From contig NC_042999.1 of the NCBI RefSeq assembly GCF_006345805.1, positions 18,166,001 through 18,230,000 on the forward strand: a DNA stretch of 64,000 nt. Reading direction: 5' to 3'. The notes beneath the pieces were generated by a model. That model had not been told where the DNA came from. It made no database searches and worked only from the letters and a program-made list of their open reading frames with translations. This document shows, piece after piece, positions 40,776 to 55,060 of this stretch. A program made the position numbers and the translations under genes. This DNA is from Octopus sinensis (taxonomy: Eukaryota). How positions within the stretch are numbered: position 1 is the first letter of the stretch; each line of letters opens with the position of its first letter.

Positions 40776-41138
40776 ACAAGGGCTCTGACTGAGCGCAAAC
40801 TGCCGCCAAGGCAACACCAACCATGAGCCAGAGATTATTTTTAAAATGAGTATATCTGAAATAAACTCGATTGCTCTCGCAACCGAGTATATTTAAAATG
40901 AATCCAACCGCTCTCAAAAATTAAGTAAAAAAAAAAAACAGGAAAAAATAATGCAAAAAATCCGTGTGCGGTTCCAGATCGATTCCGAAATCTAATCAGC
41001 TCGTGCTAGTCACGAATCCAAACATCCCTGAACGTTTCATCCAAATCCATCCAGCGGTTTTTCATTTATGTTGTCCACGGCAAACACACACGAATGGAAA
41101 CAACACCACCGCCTTTCACTAAGGCAGAGGTACTAATA
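40776..41138 (+). mobile_element. Putative Helentron-associated non-autonomous element
   Basis: The 5' end ACAAGGGCTCTGACTGAGCGCAAACTGCCGCCAAGGC and 3' hairpin GCCTT-tcact-AAGGC followed by AGAGGTA share subterminal similarity. The 3' half is homologous to 13924-14068. Confidence 0.55.
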
Positions 41139-41141
41139 ATG

Positions 41142-41212
41142 ATAGCAGCACCAGCCGCAGCAGCAGCAGTAGCAGCAGTAGTGGTAGTAGTAGTAGTAGT
41201 AGTAGTAGTAGT
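41142..41212. repeat. Compound (CAG)n to (TAG)n trinucleotide repeat
   Basis: Directly visible. Confidence 0.9.
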
Positions 41213-41944
41213 CTGAGTTCATAATTTTAATAAATATATAAAAATAATTAAGCAAATTGAATATCCAATAGAGAAACGAAACAATATAAATCACGCGTGT
41301 AACATCGCCTACATTTTTGCCTAAAGCTCTACGCTCGGAACATAAGTTAACGACACTTTGATCGAAGAGTACACGTCACCTAAATCTTACGCGCAAAATT
41401 AGTAGAAATCGTATTGTAACTACCACTCCATTATCTCACTCTCTGTCTCTCTCTCTTTCTTTCTCCCCATGTCTCTCCTTCTTCCATTCTTTTTTGAATT
41501 TGTTAACTTCATGCCACAAGAGAACAGCTATTTCTCATAGAAGAGTAATGTTTCAATTATGCAAATTACCTTAGGTTATTACTATAATCTGTTATCTTTC
41601 TAGATGTTGAATGCGTGCTGGATTCGCGGAATGAAAGCTTTATGATCCAAAATCACACCCAGGATGACGAGTTATATTTTCGAGCCTCCAATTCACACTA
41701 AATTCTTTTTGCACCCATGAAGTTTCCCAGATCAATATATATCTATAGACGAACCTTTCAGAATACATTCCCGTCTCTTATTGTACAATTTAAAATTTTG
41801 TTATTAGTTAATTCAAAACTTCTCGAAGCGACGTTAATTTAATAAGTCACGAAGTTATAATATATATTATATATTATTTTGCTGTCGAAATTCACGCCCC
41901 CAAATATATAAATTACGCACATGTGTGTGACTGTTGCCTGTACG

Positions 41945-41989
41945 CTACGCATATATATATATATTATATATATATAATTATATATATAT

Positions 41990-42031
<42 letters not shown>

Positions 42032-42088
42032 ATATACATATATATATATAATATATATATATATATATGGTATATATATATATATGTA

Positions 42089-42122
<34 letters not shown>

Positions 42123-42165
42123 GGTATATATACATGTATATATATATTATAATATCTATGTATAG

Positions 42166-42243
<78 letters not shown>

Positions 42244-42302
42244 ATGTATACACAACACACACACCAATATATATATATACATATATTATAATATATATAT
42301 AC

Positions 42303-42352
<50 letters not shown>

Positions 42353-42418
42353 ATACATATATATATATACATACATATATATATATATATAATATATAGA
42401 TATATACATATATATTAT

Positions 42419-42449
<31 letters not shown>

Positions 42450-42664
42450 GTATACACACACACACACACACACATATATATATTATATGTATATATATGT
42501 ATATATATATGTATATATATATTATATATATATGTATATATATATATATATATATATCTATGTATATATATACATATATTTAGATATATATGTATACATA
42601 TATGTATACACACACACACATATATATATATACATATATATATAATATATATATACATATATAT

Positions 42665-42698
<34 letters not shown>

Positions 42699-42712
42699 GT
42701 GTGTGTGTATAC

Positions 42713-42743
<31 letters not shown>

Positions 42744-42791
42744 ATTATATATATATGTAATATATATATATATTATCTATATATATATTAC

Positions 42792-42832
<41 letters not shown>

Positions 42833-42874
42833 ATATATATATATATATTATATATATTATGTATATATATTAAT

Positions 42875-42905
<31 letters not shown>

Positions 42906-42960
42906 AATGTATATAAATATATATATATATATATATTATGTATATATGTGAGTATGTATC
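41945..42960. repeat. ~1-kb compound (TA)n/(CA)n/(TG)n microsatellite
   Basis: Directly visible; source of the long YI-repeat ORFs. Confidence 0.95.
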
Positions 42961-43328
42961 TATGTATGTATTTGTGTGCATGCATGTGTGCGTGAACGTG
43001 ACAGTATTTGTATTCATCATACTGCTCAGATTTGCATTATGAAAGACATATTGAAAAGAAAATATAAGGCTTTCTATCTTTTACATTCATGTTTCTCACT
43101 AAGCTTCGGGTATATGTTTATAATCATCCATGGCGTTTTATCTCTTTGAATCTTCACAATAATTTTGCTTTCAAAAACGTGATCGTCTTTCAATAATCGC
43201 TTTACATATAAACGTAAATAAAATGGTTACTTATAAATAAATGTTAAACGCATCATCACAACGAAAAACACTTGGTGATGAATAATATTTCGGTGATATA
43301 AATTATTTTCTAATATTTCGGTTCCGCA

Positions 43329-43420
43329 AGGCGGTGAGCTAGCAGAAACGTTAGCGTGCCGGGTGAAGAGTTTCCCCGTATTTCGTCTGTCTTTACGCCC
43401 TTTCAGTGAGGTCCAACACG
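43329..43420 (+). mobile_element. SINE family A head fragment
   Basis: AGGCGGTGAGCTAGCAGAAACGTTAGCGTGCCGGGTGAA...GTATTTCGTCTGTCTTTACG. Confidence 0.75.
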
Positions 43421-43926
43421 GCAATGTAAATATCTCTGCACACAATTGTCCAACATCCTAGCTTAATCAGACACCTGGATATGTTTTCAAACAGACTCTA
43501 TCCCATGTACTACGTACCAAAGGACATTGCGAAGACTGTTCTGCTACATTTTGTTTCACTCGGACTTCAAATACAATTATCGAAACATACAAACACTGTG
43601 TGAACACGATTCGTCCTTGAATAGAAAATTTACCTTTAGAAACTTTGCATCTAACATAACTGGGTTAAATGTAGATTGGACAATTGTTTAAAATCCAACT
43701 GCATTTACGCGAGATGGAGTGAAGGAAATGTCATATATCACTACTTTCAAATGAGGGAAGTGGATTAAATTTCCTTTTACATCAATATGCATGTGCCACT
43801 GGAAGTTCTTGTTATTGAAACCTGCAAACGTTATGTGTTCCTGACTGTTGTTCCATAACTATAACAATGCAGTCAACACAAGGGCTGAAATGTCAAGCAA
43901 CATATGAATGATACCACGACACTCTA

Positions 43927-44266
43927 TCTGTGACACGACGAGGGTTCCAGTTCATTCAATCAACGGAACAGCCTGCTCGTGAAATTAACGTGCAAGTGAC
44001 TGACCCCTCTATAAACACGTGTATCCTTAACATAGTTCTCGGAAAGACTGACCATTTGTAACACAGGTACAACAGGATCAGAAAGAAAGAGTGAGAGACA
44101 GTTGTGGTGAAAGCATACAACAGGGTTCGCCACCACCAACTGTCGGGGCCACGTGGAGTTTCAAATGTTTTCGCTCAATAAACACTCAACGCCCGGTCTG
44201 GGAATCGAAACTACGATCCAATTATCGCGAGTCCGCTGACATAACCATTGAGCCATTGCGCCTCCA
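43927..44266 (-). mobile_element. tRNA-derived SINE, third family (C)
   Basis: The minus strand starts TGGAGGCGCAATGGCTCAATGGTT (A-box-like) and continues to GTTTCGATTCCCAGACCGGGCG (B-box), followed by a ~270-bp body. Confidence 0.75.
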
Positions 44267-44755
44267 AAGATGAATATTCATTATTTTCCATGTAATTGGT
44301 TCAATAAAAGACAAGAATTGAAAAAGAGAGGATGGACACGCTGTAAGACCAGTAATTAACTATATATTTTATGGTGTATAAAAGCAGAGAACTGAAACAA
44401 ATTTTAACAATAAATCTGCGTCAAGGAACATTAACCTGCACGTGTACTTCCTTGATACTTGACGTTTACCGACACACAGAGAACCATTCCCAATAACAGG
44501 CAGAGAGAACGATGATAATTGATAGAATATAGAAGGTAGAAATCTTATCTGCTATATTTATTGGTATTAAAGAATATTAATTCATAATATGTGGCAGAAA
44601 TGTGACGGTTAAGTAGGAATGTATTAAATCGATCGGGATATTAACGAATGCACCACTAATATAGTGACAAAATTTTAGCTCCCATTGCAATAACGCTCAT
44701 AACGTTGAGGACAGCAAAGTTTATTCGTCTGAAAGATGTAAAATGCTGTACTACC

Positions 44756-44880
44756 CAGCCCAAATTGCAAAGATAATCTGGAACTCGACTGAGGCTAGAA
44801 TACTCCGAATGAACCACCCTTGTTTTCTTTGTATCGTCTGTCTGGATGTTTTGTGATCTTGTCGCAATTTTGTATTTTTT
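44756..44880 (+). repeat. Unclassified interspersed repeat, second copy of 21462-21612
   Basis: Aligns by eye to the 21462 copy. Confidence 0.7.
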
Positions 44881-44940
44881 ATATATAAAACATAGCGTCG
44901 TTCGTACCCTTTGGAGTCTTTATATATATATATATATATG

Positions 44941-44978
<38 letters not shown>

Positions 44979-45077
44979 GTGTGTGTGTGTGTGTGAGCGT
45001 GTGTGTGTAATTATATGTGTACATTATATATATATATATATTATATATATAATATATATATATATATATATGTATAT

Positions 45078-45486
45078 ACTCTTTTATTCTTTTACTTGTT
45101 TCAGTCATTTGACTGCAGCCATGCTGGAGCACCGCCTTTAGTCGAGAAAATCGACCCCGGGACTTATTTTTTGTAAGCCCAGTACTTATTCTATCGGATC
45201 TCTTTTTGCCGAACCGCTATGTTACGGAGACGTAAACACACCAGCATCGGTTGTCAAGCAATGCTAGGGGGGCCAAACACAGACACACAAACACACACAC
45301 TTACATATACATATACATATATACGACAGGCTTCTTTCAGTTTCCGTCTACCAAATCCACTCACAAGGCTTTGGTCGGCCCGGGTCTATAGCAGAAGACA
45401 TTTGCCTAAGATGCCACGCAGTGGGACTGAACCCGGAACCATGTGGTTGGTTAGCAAGCTACTTACCACACAGCCACTCCTGCGCC
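45078..45486 (-). mobile_element. SINE family B, full length
   Basis: Close reverse complement of the 58931 copy. Confidence 0.95.
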
Positions 45487-45840
45487 TATATATATGTAAA
45501 TACTGAAAATTCCAAGTTGTGTCTTCTTATAGCACCCCTATCTATTCCAGTATTACAATCCATGTGGTAGTATTTACATCGGTGTATTGATTTGTGGTAC
45601 ATATTAGAGGGGAACATTCTGCAAATATATACAAAACAAGATATATATACAAAACAAGAAACTGGAAATCTTTTGACTATTATTCATTCATCATTACATA
45701 ATTTTAAATTGCGTACAGTAATCGCAAAATTGTGCAAGGTGTGTGGAATTTCATATTAAAATATTCTTAGATACATATCCATCATGCACACTTTGGAGGT
45801 TCTTAATAGCCTACAATAAATGTATAATGTTGAATAAATA

Positions 45841-46090
45841 ACTGTCCCGGGGAAGATCAAAGAGGAAAAGGATCCTATCAACTTTAAACGGAGTCTGGAT
45901 AGATGCCTTCAAGGAATACCAGATAAACCACCCATAATTGGATACAACTCACCCAACAAGAACTCACTACTTGAATGGGCCATAAACAAAACTTGACTTA
46001 AACAGGATTCGAAAAATCCTATCAGGTGGTGCTATTAAATAGACATGGCCTGGACCAATCTTTGGTCGAAACATATCTAAGTTTATCTAA
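45841..46090 (+). mobile_element. 3' end of a CR1/L2-group LINE (ORF2 C-terminus and 3' UTR)
   Basis: VPGKIKEEKDPINFKRSLDRCLQGIPDKPPIIGYNSPNKNSLLEWAINKT* (stop at 45994-45996) matches the FK..LD..L..IPD.P...GY....NSL terminal motif of this LINE group. Confidence 0.75.
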
Positions 46091-46138
46091 TTTTAATATA
46101 TATATATATATATACATATAATATATATATATATATAT

Positions 46139-46175
<37 letters not shown>

Positions 46176-46689
46176 ATTATATATATATATATTATATATA
46201 TATGAGTTCTTTTGTGCAATCACATCTCTACTGGGTACCATACTTGGAAGGTGCTGGTCTTTCTCAGGCTTGAAATGGCGTATTCATTCAGGTTACTGTA
46301 TATCACATGAAATAACTCTCATATACCTATGAATTTCTATTTTCATGGTGTACACAGTATCTTCCACGCAGTCGCTGTAGCTGCATCTACATAAAACATA
46401 ATGGGCACAAATTTTCTACTCGCATCGAGTGATGAATATCTGCCAGTGTTGGAATCGTTTGTAAAATGAAAGCATACACACGTTATATTGAATGACTATT
46501 TATCGTATTGTAGTCATTCTTCACGGTCATTCTCATTGCAATAACCTTTAACCTTTCCAATTAAATCAGAAGGAAATAAAATATATTTAAGCATTCTATT
46601 TTTTCAAATTTCATTGGCAACAATAACTGCTTTGTATTGAAGGCTCCTGTGAGCCTATGAAATTAATCTGTTATTTATTCGATGTGTAG

Positions 46690-47035
<346 letters not shown>

Positions 47036-48957
47036 AAATACATTTGCTGTTTAAAATAGATTTTCCTCCTTGTAATAAGATGAAAATTAGATTATTGTGT
47101 CTAGAAATGACACTGTTCAATTCTTTGGTATTGTAAATGAAATATGTTGAACGCTGTCGAAATATCGTTGGGAGTGTCTCTCATTGAATTTCGGTATGTT
47201 TAAGGAAATAAATACATCATACACTTTGAAACATGAATAAATACTAAATAAGTACTATTGTGTAACTGAAATACTTACACGAATTATATTTAATTTCCGT
47301 TATGTTAAATATGTTGTAAAATGGATTAACATTTTGGTTTTTGTTTCGGATTTGTGAATGGGAAGTACAAAGTGACAGAAGGAAAGAGGGGAAACATAGT
47401 TTTACACACACAAACACCTACACACGCACACACACGTACACACACGAATAAACATATATATATATATATATATATTGATGGAAAATTATGATGAAAATAC
47501 TTTTGCATATACCTAATTAAATAAACTTAAGGCAAAATACGAAAAGGAACATATGAAACGCTTTGTTCTACAGAGCGAAAAAACTGTTCATTTTTGTTAT
47601 ATTTTTATAACAAGTAGAAAATGTTTTATTGTTATAGATTTGAGATATTTATTGTATCGACATGAATGACGACTGGTTTAACATCTGATCTTTGTCATTT
47701 TTATTACTGTTTGTTTATGTCTACAAGTAGCGCAGCACAAGACTTTAATAGTAATTCGTATATACTGAATGGTTAATGAGAAGATGTTAACTAAAAGTAA
47801 GTGTACTGGGAAGGTTAAACTTAGAACATAAAACCTCAATGAAAAGATGTATCTTGTTTACAACACCTTTTTTTACACGACCATTATTTGGACGTTTGTC
47901 ATGTTGTGTTTGTGTTGTAACTCTTAAAGAAAAATTAATGTCGGAGCCTGAGACACCAAGAATACAGCTTCAAAACCGTTCATCTTAGAATACACAAAAA
48001 GTCCTAGATACAGCCATATTTATTGTCACACATAATGACACAGAGACGTGCGCGAATACACACTGAAAAATATGTATGTTCTCAGATACGTATGTACCCG
48101 GATACGTATGTGGCTGTGAATTTCGATGGTTGTGGATTGAACTTATTTGATTATATCGTCCGTTAAAATGTTTTTCCTGCTTTTTTTTACACAGACATTA
48201 GAATTAACTTTTTACAATTCAGCCATCCTTTCCAGACGGGAGTTCCTCTTCCCGAATCGATTTACCCTGAAGTGGCTTATAAATAATTGAACTGTGATTA
48301 TGTTTATCAGGAACTATATATATAACCCAAAACAATTTATTGGACTGTTACCATTTTTATCATTATTTATATAATATTATGTTATATGTTATGCTATATA
48401 TTATATTCATAGAATTTAATGTAATATTGTAGTATAAATAAATTATTGAATGTCAATAGAATGTCTCTATATTTATTTTATCCTTGTTATAAAAAAGGGT
48501 AAAAATCATGAATGATTTTACCAAGGGATCTGCGAGTAAATAAAGAAAATGATAGGGGGATTTTACAAATATTATAATAATTATATACATAACCATAACA
48601 TGGGATTGGCTGTGAGCCTATCCACGCGCTAGAAATAGATGCCAAATGACGCTAATATCATCTTAAAAACTCCCCAAAATATAATAAAACAGGTTGTAGT
48701 CGAGCGAAAGAAAGATAATGAGTTAAACATTTGGTTAAACGTGTACAAGATCCGGTTTCAAGCTTAAGATCCAAAGAATCTTATACTTACTGTTATCTTC
48801 GGGAACGTTATTCCGTAGCATAAACGCACGAGTACATAGCCATACGTATACTAGGAGTGGCTTCCTACTGCAATATATATGCACAGTCGTAAAAATATAG
48901 AGTTAAGCTTGAAACGGGATGTTGTACACGTTTAATCAAACGTTTAATTCATTATCT

Positions 48958-49327
<370 letters not shown>

Positions 49328-51599
49328 CATATGTAAAAAGATATCTTATAAATATGTACGGAATACAAGCACCATCATAACGTAATTAATGTTAATGATA
49401 CCCGCGTATCGTGGTGGACAGCCACAATCGTTATCACGCCCGTCTTTACATTTTGATTTTAAATTCCACCACCGTCGAGTTTGACTTTCGATGAATTAAG
49501 TACTAGCTGAACCCTAGGTCACAATTAGCCGCCTATAGTAAATTAGCCGCCTATAGTAAATTTTCAAGTCTTGCTCCTATAGTAGGAAAACTTATTTTCT
49601 GGTCATCAGATTTATATAAAATTATACTTTTGTCTTATGAGAAGCATATTACACTGTTAAGATTGCGATAAAATATGTTCCCATATAATAGCATTACGGA
49701 AGATATTTTTTTTAAATCATGGGGTTAACAAACTGTATTTAGAAATCTGATATGTAAAAGTGCATTAAACTCAGAAAACTTTGACATTGTAATAATTAAA
49801 AGTGTGATCGGTTTTTATGCATATACTAATCATTTACACTGAATTTCTTTAGCATTCTTTGTGCGTAATAGCTGTTACATTTAGTTATACAGAAGCTAAC
49901 GACATATTTATAAAACTATTTCGAATTCAAATATAGATAAACGTAGATTTTAAATAAATGTTAGTTATCAATTTAACTTAATTATGTATAAAATAATATA
50001 TCAGTTTACAATTGGCGTCTTTTTATGTCAATGTTCAATATAACTAAAGCGTTAAATATATGTTAAAGATTCTTTACTGCAAATTACACAAGAACGTTCT
50101 TGTATACGCGTAGATTATATGAGGCGCCATGTTTAAAATATAGATATAAGTTGGAACTAGGAACTATGCTTTTTGGAAATATATATATATTCAGAATCAA
50201 AGTTTTGAAAGTATATATATGCATGTATGGTTAGCCATATGATAGAAGTCGTATTTATTGGACACTTATGGGATATGACTGTTTAAAAAACATTACATAA
50301 CTTTGTACAATAGAGAATGGATGAATTGCAACATTAGTCGAATGGTAAGTATAAAAAAAGCAATAACCTTTGAAATCAAAATATTTCCATTCGTCGTAGA
50401 TGTTAACATTGCACCACCATACAATGACATTAGAACAATGAAACAAAATCAGAATTCCTCATAATATTCTAAGTTAAATATATAATGTAAAAACTCTTTC
50501 GAGTAATGTTATTGAATTTTCAATGAAACTGTTTCTGTAACTATTTTTAGTAATGGTAAACCTAATATAAAATATCTTAAAACTAAAACATCATTTTAAG
50601 AGAAAACAAAATAATTGAGTTGTTCCGAAATAGTCTCCATATATTGAAAATAGTATTTCAACACTAAATCATCTAAAACTATTTTTCGATAGAATGAGAC
50701 GCGGAAAATGTGTGGAACTGGCTTCCGTCAGCGAGTTCTGGGATCTAATTCTGTTCACTTAGTTAATTTCAATGATATTGCTGCGAAACGTTTTATCATC
50801 ATTCGATTGCAAATATCACTCAAAGTATATTGCTGTACATACACACGTGTGTGTATGAGTGTGTGTGTATGCGTGTGTTTCTTAAATGGCGAATGGCGTT
50901 ATATTTGTAACTTCAATCAATTGCGAGCTGAGAATATAAGTTGCTGTGAAAAAACAGGTTTGATATCATTCGAAATTATCTATTAGTATGCATTTTGTGC
51001 CTAATATTTATGTTCAACCCATACGTAAAATAAAAAAAAAGAATTTATAGATATTTTGAAATGTCTATTTCTATTTAAATATACATCACGATGATGCATT
51101 TTCTTTTCAAATATCAGCTATTTACATAATGAAGGACAGTTATTTGTGCGGGAATTTTCTACACGAATTCTATAATATTTCATAAGGCATATCTACACGT
51201 TTTACTTATTGCATGTAAAGCGTAATGATATATACGAGCACAAATAATTCCGCAATGATATTTTGACATTAATTTTCTTCCGGCATTCAAATGACAAATA
51301 ATTCCTAATTTCTTAATTCCTTTTTTAATATTCAAATGAAGAATACATTTACATGTGTGTATAAAACGAAACCTTTTCAAGATTATTAATTAAATTTATT
51401 GTTATATTAACTGCTTCTAGAATAGGATCTCGAAGTGAATACCTGCTTTAAAATGGCCTAATGCCGTGTACAAGTGCATATATTGTAAAATCGTATTAAT
51501 GTGAAATATCATAATAAACATATTGCTCAGAGATTGTTCCCAAATTACGCAGGCAAGTAAGACAGTGCTGTTACTGAAAAAGCACATAATTGTGTGGGA

Positions 51600-51985
51600 T
51601 GACCCGAGGACTTCATGTTCTGAGGAAAGGCACATTGTCAACGAGTCCAGGAGAGTCCCTGCTCAGACCTACCGCCATATTCATAGAGGAAATGTTGTTG
51701 AAAGCAACAAATGTAACATTTATACGGGATGTCTGCTTCACTAGCAACATAGGTATCATCCAATAATAGGAAAGTGAAACTGACGCTATAACTGGACCAC
51801 ATTGTAATAGAGCTGATTGTGTATGGACCAAAGGAATCTGCAGATATACAGCCTATATGAACCATGTCAAGTCAATATCCCCTGTCTAAACTTTCAACAA
51901 GCAAAAGGAAAACCTGTTTTGTAAACAATGTTCAAAATGTTTGGCCAAAATGTCTCTCCACACCAGACATCGGTATGCAACTTAA
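51600..51985 (+). mobile_element. Possible heavily decayed RTE-type LINE 3' end
   Basis: Scattered motifs across frames (HIVNESRRVPAQ; IRDVC; FCKQCSKCLAKMSLHTRHR) resemble the RTE C-terminus and terminal Cys/His knuckle. Many stops are present. Confidence 0.3.
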
Positions 51986-52705
51986 ACATTTCATTTAGGT
52001 AATGCAAGCAATGTACTACAATTCTGACCCAGAACACAAGGACAACACACACAAGAATCAGATTCCAACAGAGAAGAACATGTTAAAGAGATGACAGGCA
52101 AACAAACATTTCAAAAGTAACGGAATGTTCCACTGTAAAAAAGATTGATGGAGGCTGAAAATAACATGGAAAATAACCATGATAAAAGAGAGCAGCTGGG
52201 TAAACGGGGTGTATAAAACTTCAATGATAATCTCTAAAGTTTTCTATAATTTTACCGAAGAAACTGTCTCAATAATGTAAGATACCGCGCACATTGTCCA
52301 GAAGATGGCTCCGACAATCCCAAAGAAGATAAGTAAAATACTGCAAGGATAGATCAAAATTGGTTTCACTACCTCGCTTAGTGAAAAATCAATATTTCTT
52401 TCTCAATACACCTGTAATCACGGAGTCAATCGTAATTACATTAACGTCAAAACAGTTGTAATACTATAATTAAATGAAGTAGACGCAATGGCTTCATAGA
52501 TTGAGTTTTAATTTGTGGTTCAACGGATGATGCAATCATATTTTCTTGAGGTGAAAGTATACTAGGGGCAAGGATCTTGCTTCTGGAAATATGTCACGCG
52601 CTGAAGAGATGTTTAAATTATGGTCTCATTAATAAAGTCGACCAACGAGGCAAAAAGTCTAAACACACCATTTTCTTTGTCCTCTATATTGATACACATT
52701 GAAGT

Positions 52706-52899
52706 AGTTCTATATTTAAGAGATGAGGAATTATGTACATCATTTACATTATTTACATTTGGCGGATATTTGTGCTCATCTTGTTTGTTGCTAACACAAC
52801 GTTTCGGCTGATAAACCCTCCAGGCTCAATCAGGTGTCCTGGAAAAATGTTGAACCTGGATTCTCATTCCTAAGATATTTCCGATGAGGTTGTTGTTGC

Positions 52900-52958
<59 letters not shown>

Positions 52959-52973
52959 TCACTGCCTGGAATC
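52706..52973 (-). mobile_element. Short element: B-box remnant, (TAA)n and hammerhead-like tail (left arm of inverted pair)
   Basis: Minus strand: TCGATTCCAGGCAGTGACCTGAA(TAA)n...ACACCTGATTGAGCCTGGAGGGTTTATCAGCCGAAACGTTGTGTTAGC...AATGTAAATAATG. Confidence 0.7.
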
Positions 52974-52982
52974 GATTCCCAT

Positions 52983-53025
52983 CCGAGTTCGATTCCAGAC
53001 AGTCACCTGAATAATAATAATAATG

Positions 53026-53056
<31 letters not shown>

Positions 53057-53076
53057 TAATAATAATAATAATAATG

Positions 53077-53112
<36 letters not shown>

Positions 53113-53308
53113 TAATAATAATATAATAATATAATAATATAATAATAATAATAATAATAATAGGCAGTACAAGGCACTGCACACATCCTACGCAGAACAC
53201 TTTCCATACAATAACCATCAGAGCATCACAACAAATCACAGCGCATACCTAAGGCAAACAGAGCTGCGCTCGGTAGTGAAGTGAAAGCACGCTATAAAAA
53301 TAAAACTA

Positions 53309-53382
<74 letters not shown>

Positions 53383-53516
53383 TAATAATAATAATAATAA
53401 TAAAAACAGCATTCCCAAAACACCTGATGAATGCTGGGAACGCTGTGTTAACATGAAGCAAGATGAGGACAAAAATGCCTGAAGAAAATAATGTAAATAA
53501 TATAAATAATGCACAT
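52983..53516 (+). mobile_element. Second copy of the same element in inverted orientation, interrupted by a LINE fragment
   Basis: CCGAGTTCGATTCCAGACAGTCACCTGAA(TAA)n...ACACCTGATGAATGCTGGGAACGCTGTGTTAAC...CAAGATGAGGACAAA...AATGTAAATAAT aligns to the reverse complement of the left arm. Confidence 0.7.
53161..53312 (+). mobile_element. 3' end of an R4/Dong-type (RLE) non-LTR retrotransposon inserted in (TAA)n
   Basis: GTAHILRRTLSIQ* (53173-53214) matches the LGTAHILR terminal motif of R4-clade ORFs. A ~100-bp UTR follows, and both flanks are (TAA)n, the known Dong target. Confidence 0.8.
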
Positions 53517-54329
53517 TGAAATAGCTTTCATAATTTAAATAATATGCCTAAGGTAAGATCATGAAACATGTTATGGCCCACTCTGAAGAATAATCTACGG
53601 GTGGATAATTAAAAGCTCCTTCTACAAAAAACACATGTATCAGGTAATTATAATTTTACGTATCATATTTCTCTCTCAGATTCTCATTCTTATTGCAGCG
53701 CTCCTTCAATTTGTCGAAGCCCCGCAAAAGAACTCAGAATGTTGAAGTTTCATGTAGGCCTTTGGTGATGCACTTAAAGTTAAGAACGTTTCAGCAATTC
53801 CATAGATATAATTAAAAAAAATTTTTGTACATGCTATGTCAAGAATTTTACCTACATCGCTGACTTTTACTTACAATCGCTGAAAAGATGTGGCATATAC
53901 ACGTTAGAGAAATGAATAAAATGATATCAATAAGTTTACTTAAAATTGTAATGTACATAGAACAAACTTCAGTCAAAAAGAATTCAAGCAACGCGTGAGT
54001 TATGAATACATAACAGAACAAAGATAAAATGGACAATCATTGCTCGAATGCAGTTAAACATATTTCTTATTGACGATGTCTTAGGGAAAGTAAACAAAAG
54101 CAATTAGTTTATCATTATAGTTTTTCGGATTTATTTGTCAATTACTTTTCGATATAATTAATTCATGTGTATGATATTCTTTTCGGGAAATAATACATCC
54201 TGCAGCTTTATTTATAGCGTGGAAACAAATATATTTTATCATTATACACATGATATCGATATAGCGATATAATTAGAAAACTGGAATATTTAATATTTAA
54301 TTTGTCAAATATGCTTCTAAGTAAAACGC

Positions 54330-54479
54330 TAGATAGACAGATAGATAGATAGATTGACAGACAGGCAAGCAAGGAGACGGACAGACATACATATAGGTAG
54401 GAAGTGATAGGCAGGCAGGCATATAGATAGATAAATGGATAGCAGGATAGATTGATGTATAGATAGACAGACAAATAGT

Positions 54480-54514
<35 letters not shown>

Positions 54515-54524
54515 GTAGATAGAT

Positions 54525-54560
<36 letters not shown>

Positions 54561-54676
54561 ACAGACAGGCAATCAGCCACACAGACGGATAGATAGACAG
54601 ATAGATAGGAGGCAATAGTTAGGCAGAGACACAAAAACACAGAGACACAGACAAATGGATAAATAGATATATAGGT

Positions 54677-54745
<69 letters not shown>

Positions 54746-54812
54746 TAAAGATAGATAGATAGATAGATATAAAGATAGATAGATAGATAACTAAACAGAC
54801 AGAGAGACAGAC

Positions 54813-54886
<74 letters not shown>

Positions 54887-54895
54887 GTAGATAGG

Positions 54896-54954
<59 letters not shown>

Positions 54955-54963
54955 GTAGATAGG

Positions 54964-55026
<63 letters not shown>

Positions 55027-55060
55027 ACAGATAGAAAGCTAGATAGATAGATATAGATCA
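54330..55060. repeat. (GATA)n/(GACA)n tetranucleotide array with an internal (GA)n
   Basis: Directly visible; source of the YLSI-repeat ORFs. Confidence 0.97.

Noticed and set aside
46048-46072. GACCA-atctt-TGGTC-GAAAC hairpin as a hammerhead
   Set aside because: There is no CUGANGA upstream (only CCTG). It is more simply the 3' stem-loop of the LINE UTR.
49523-49558. Short exact tandem duplications (18 bp here; similar at ~27886 and ~45625)
   Set aside because: Ordinary slippage duplications with no further structure.
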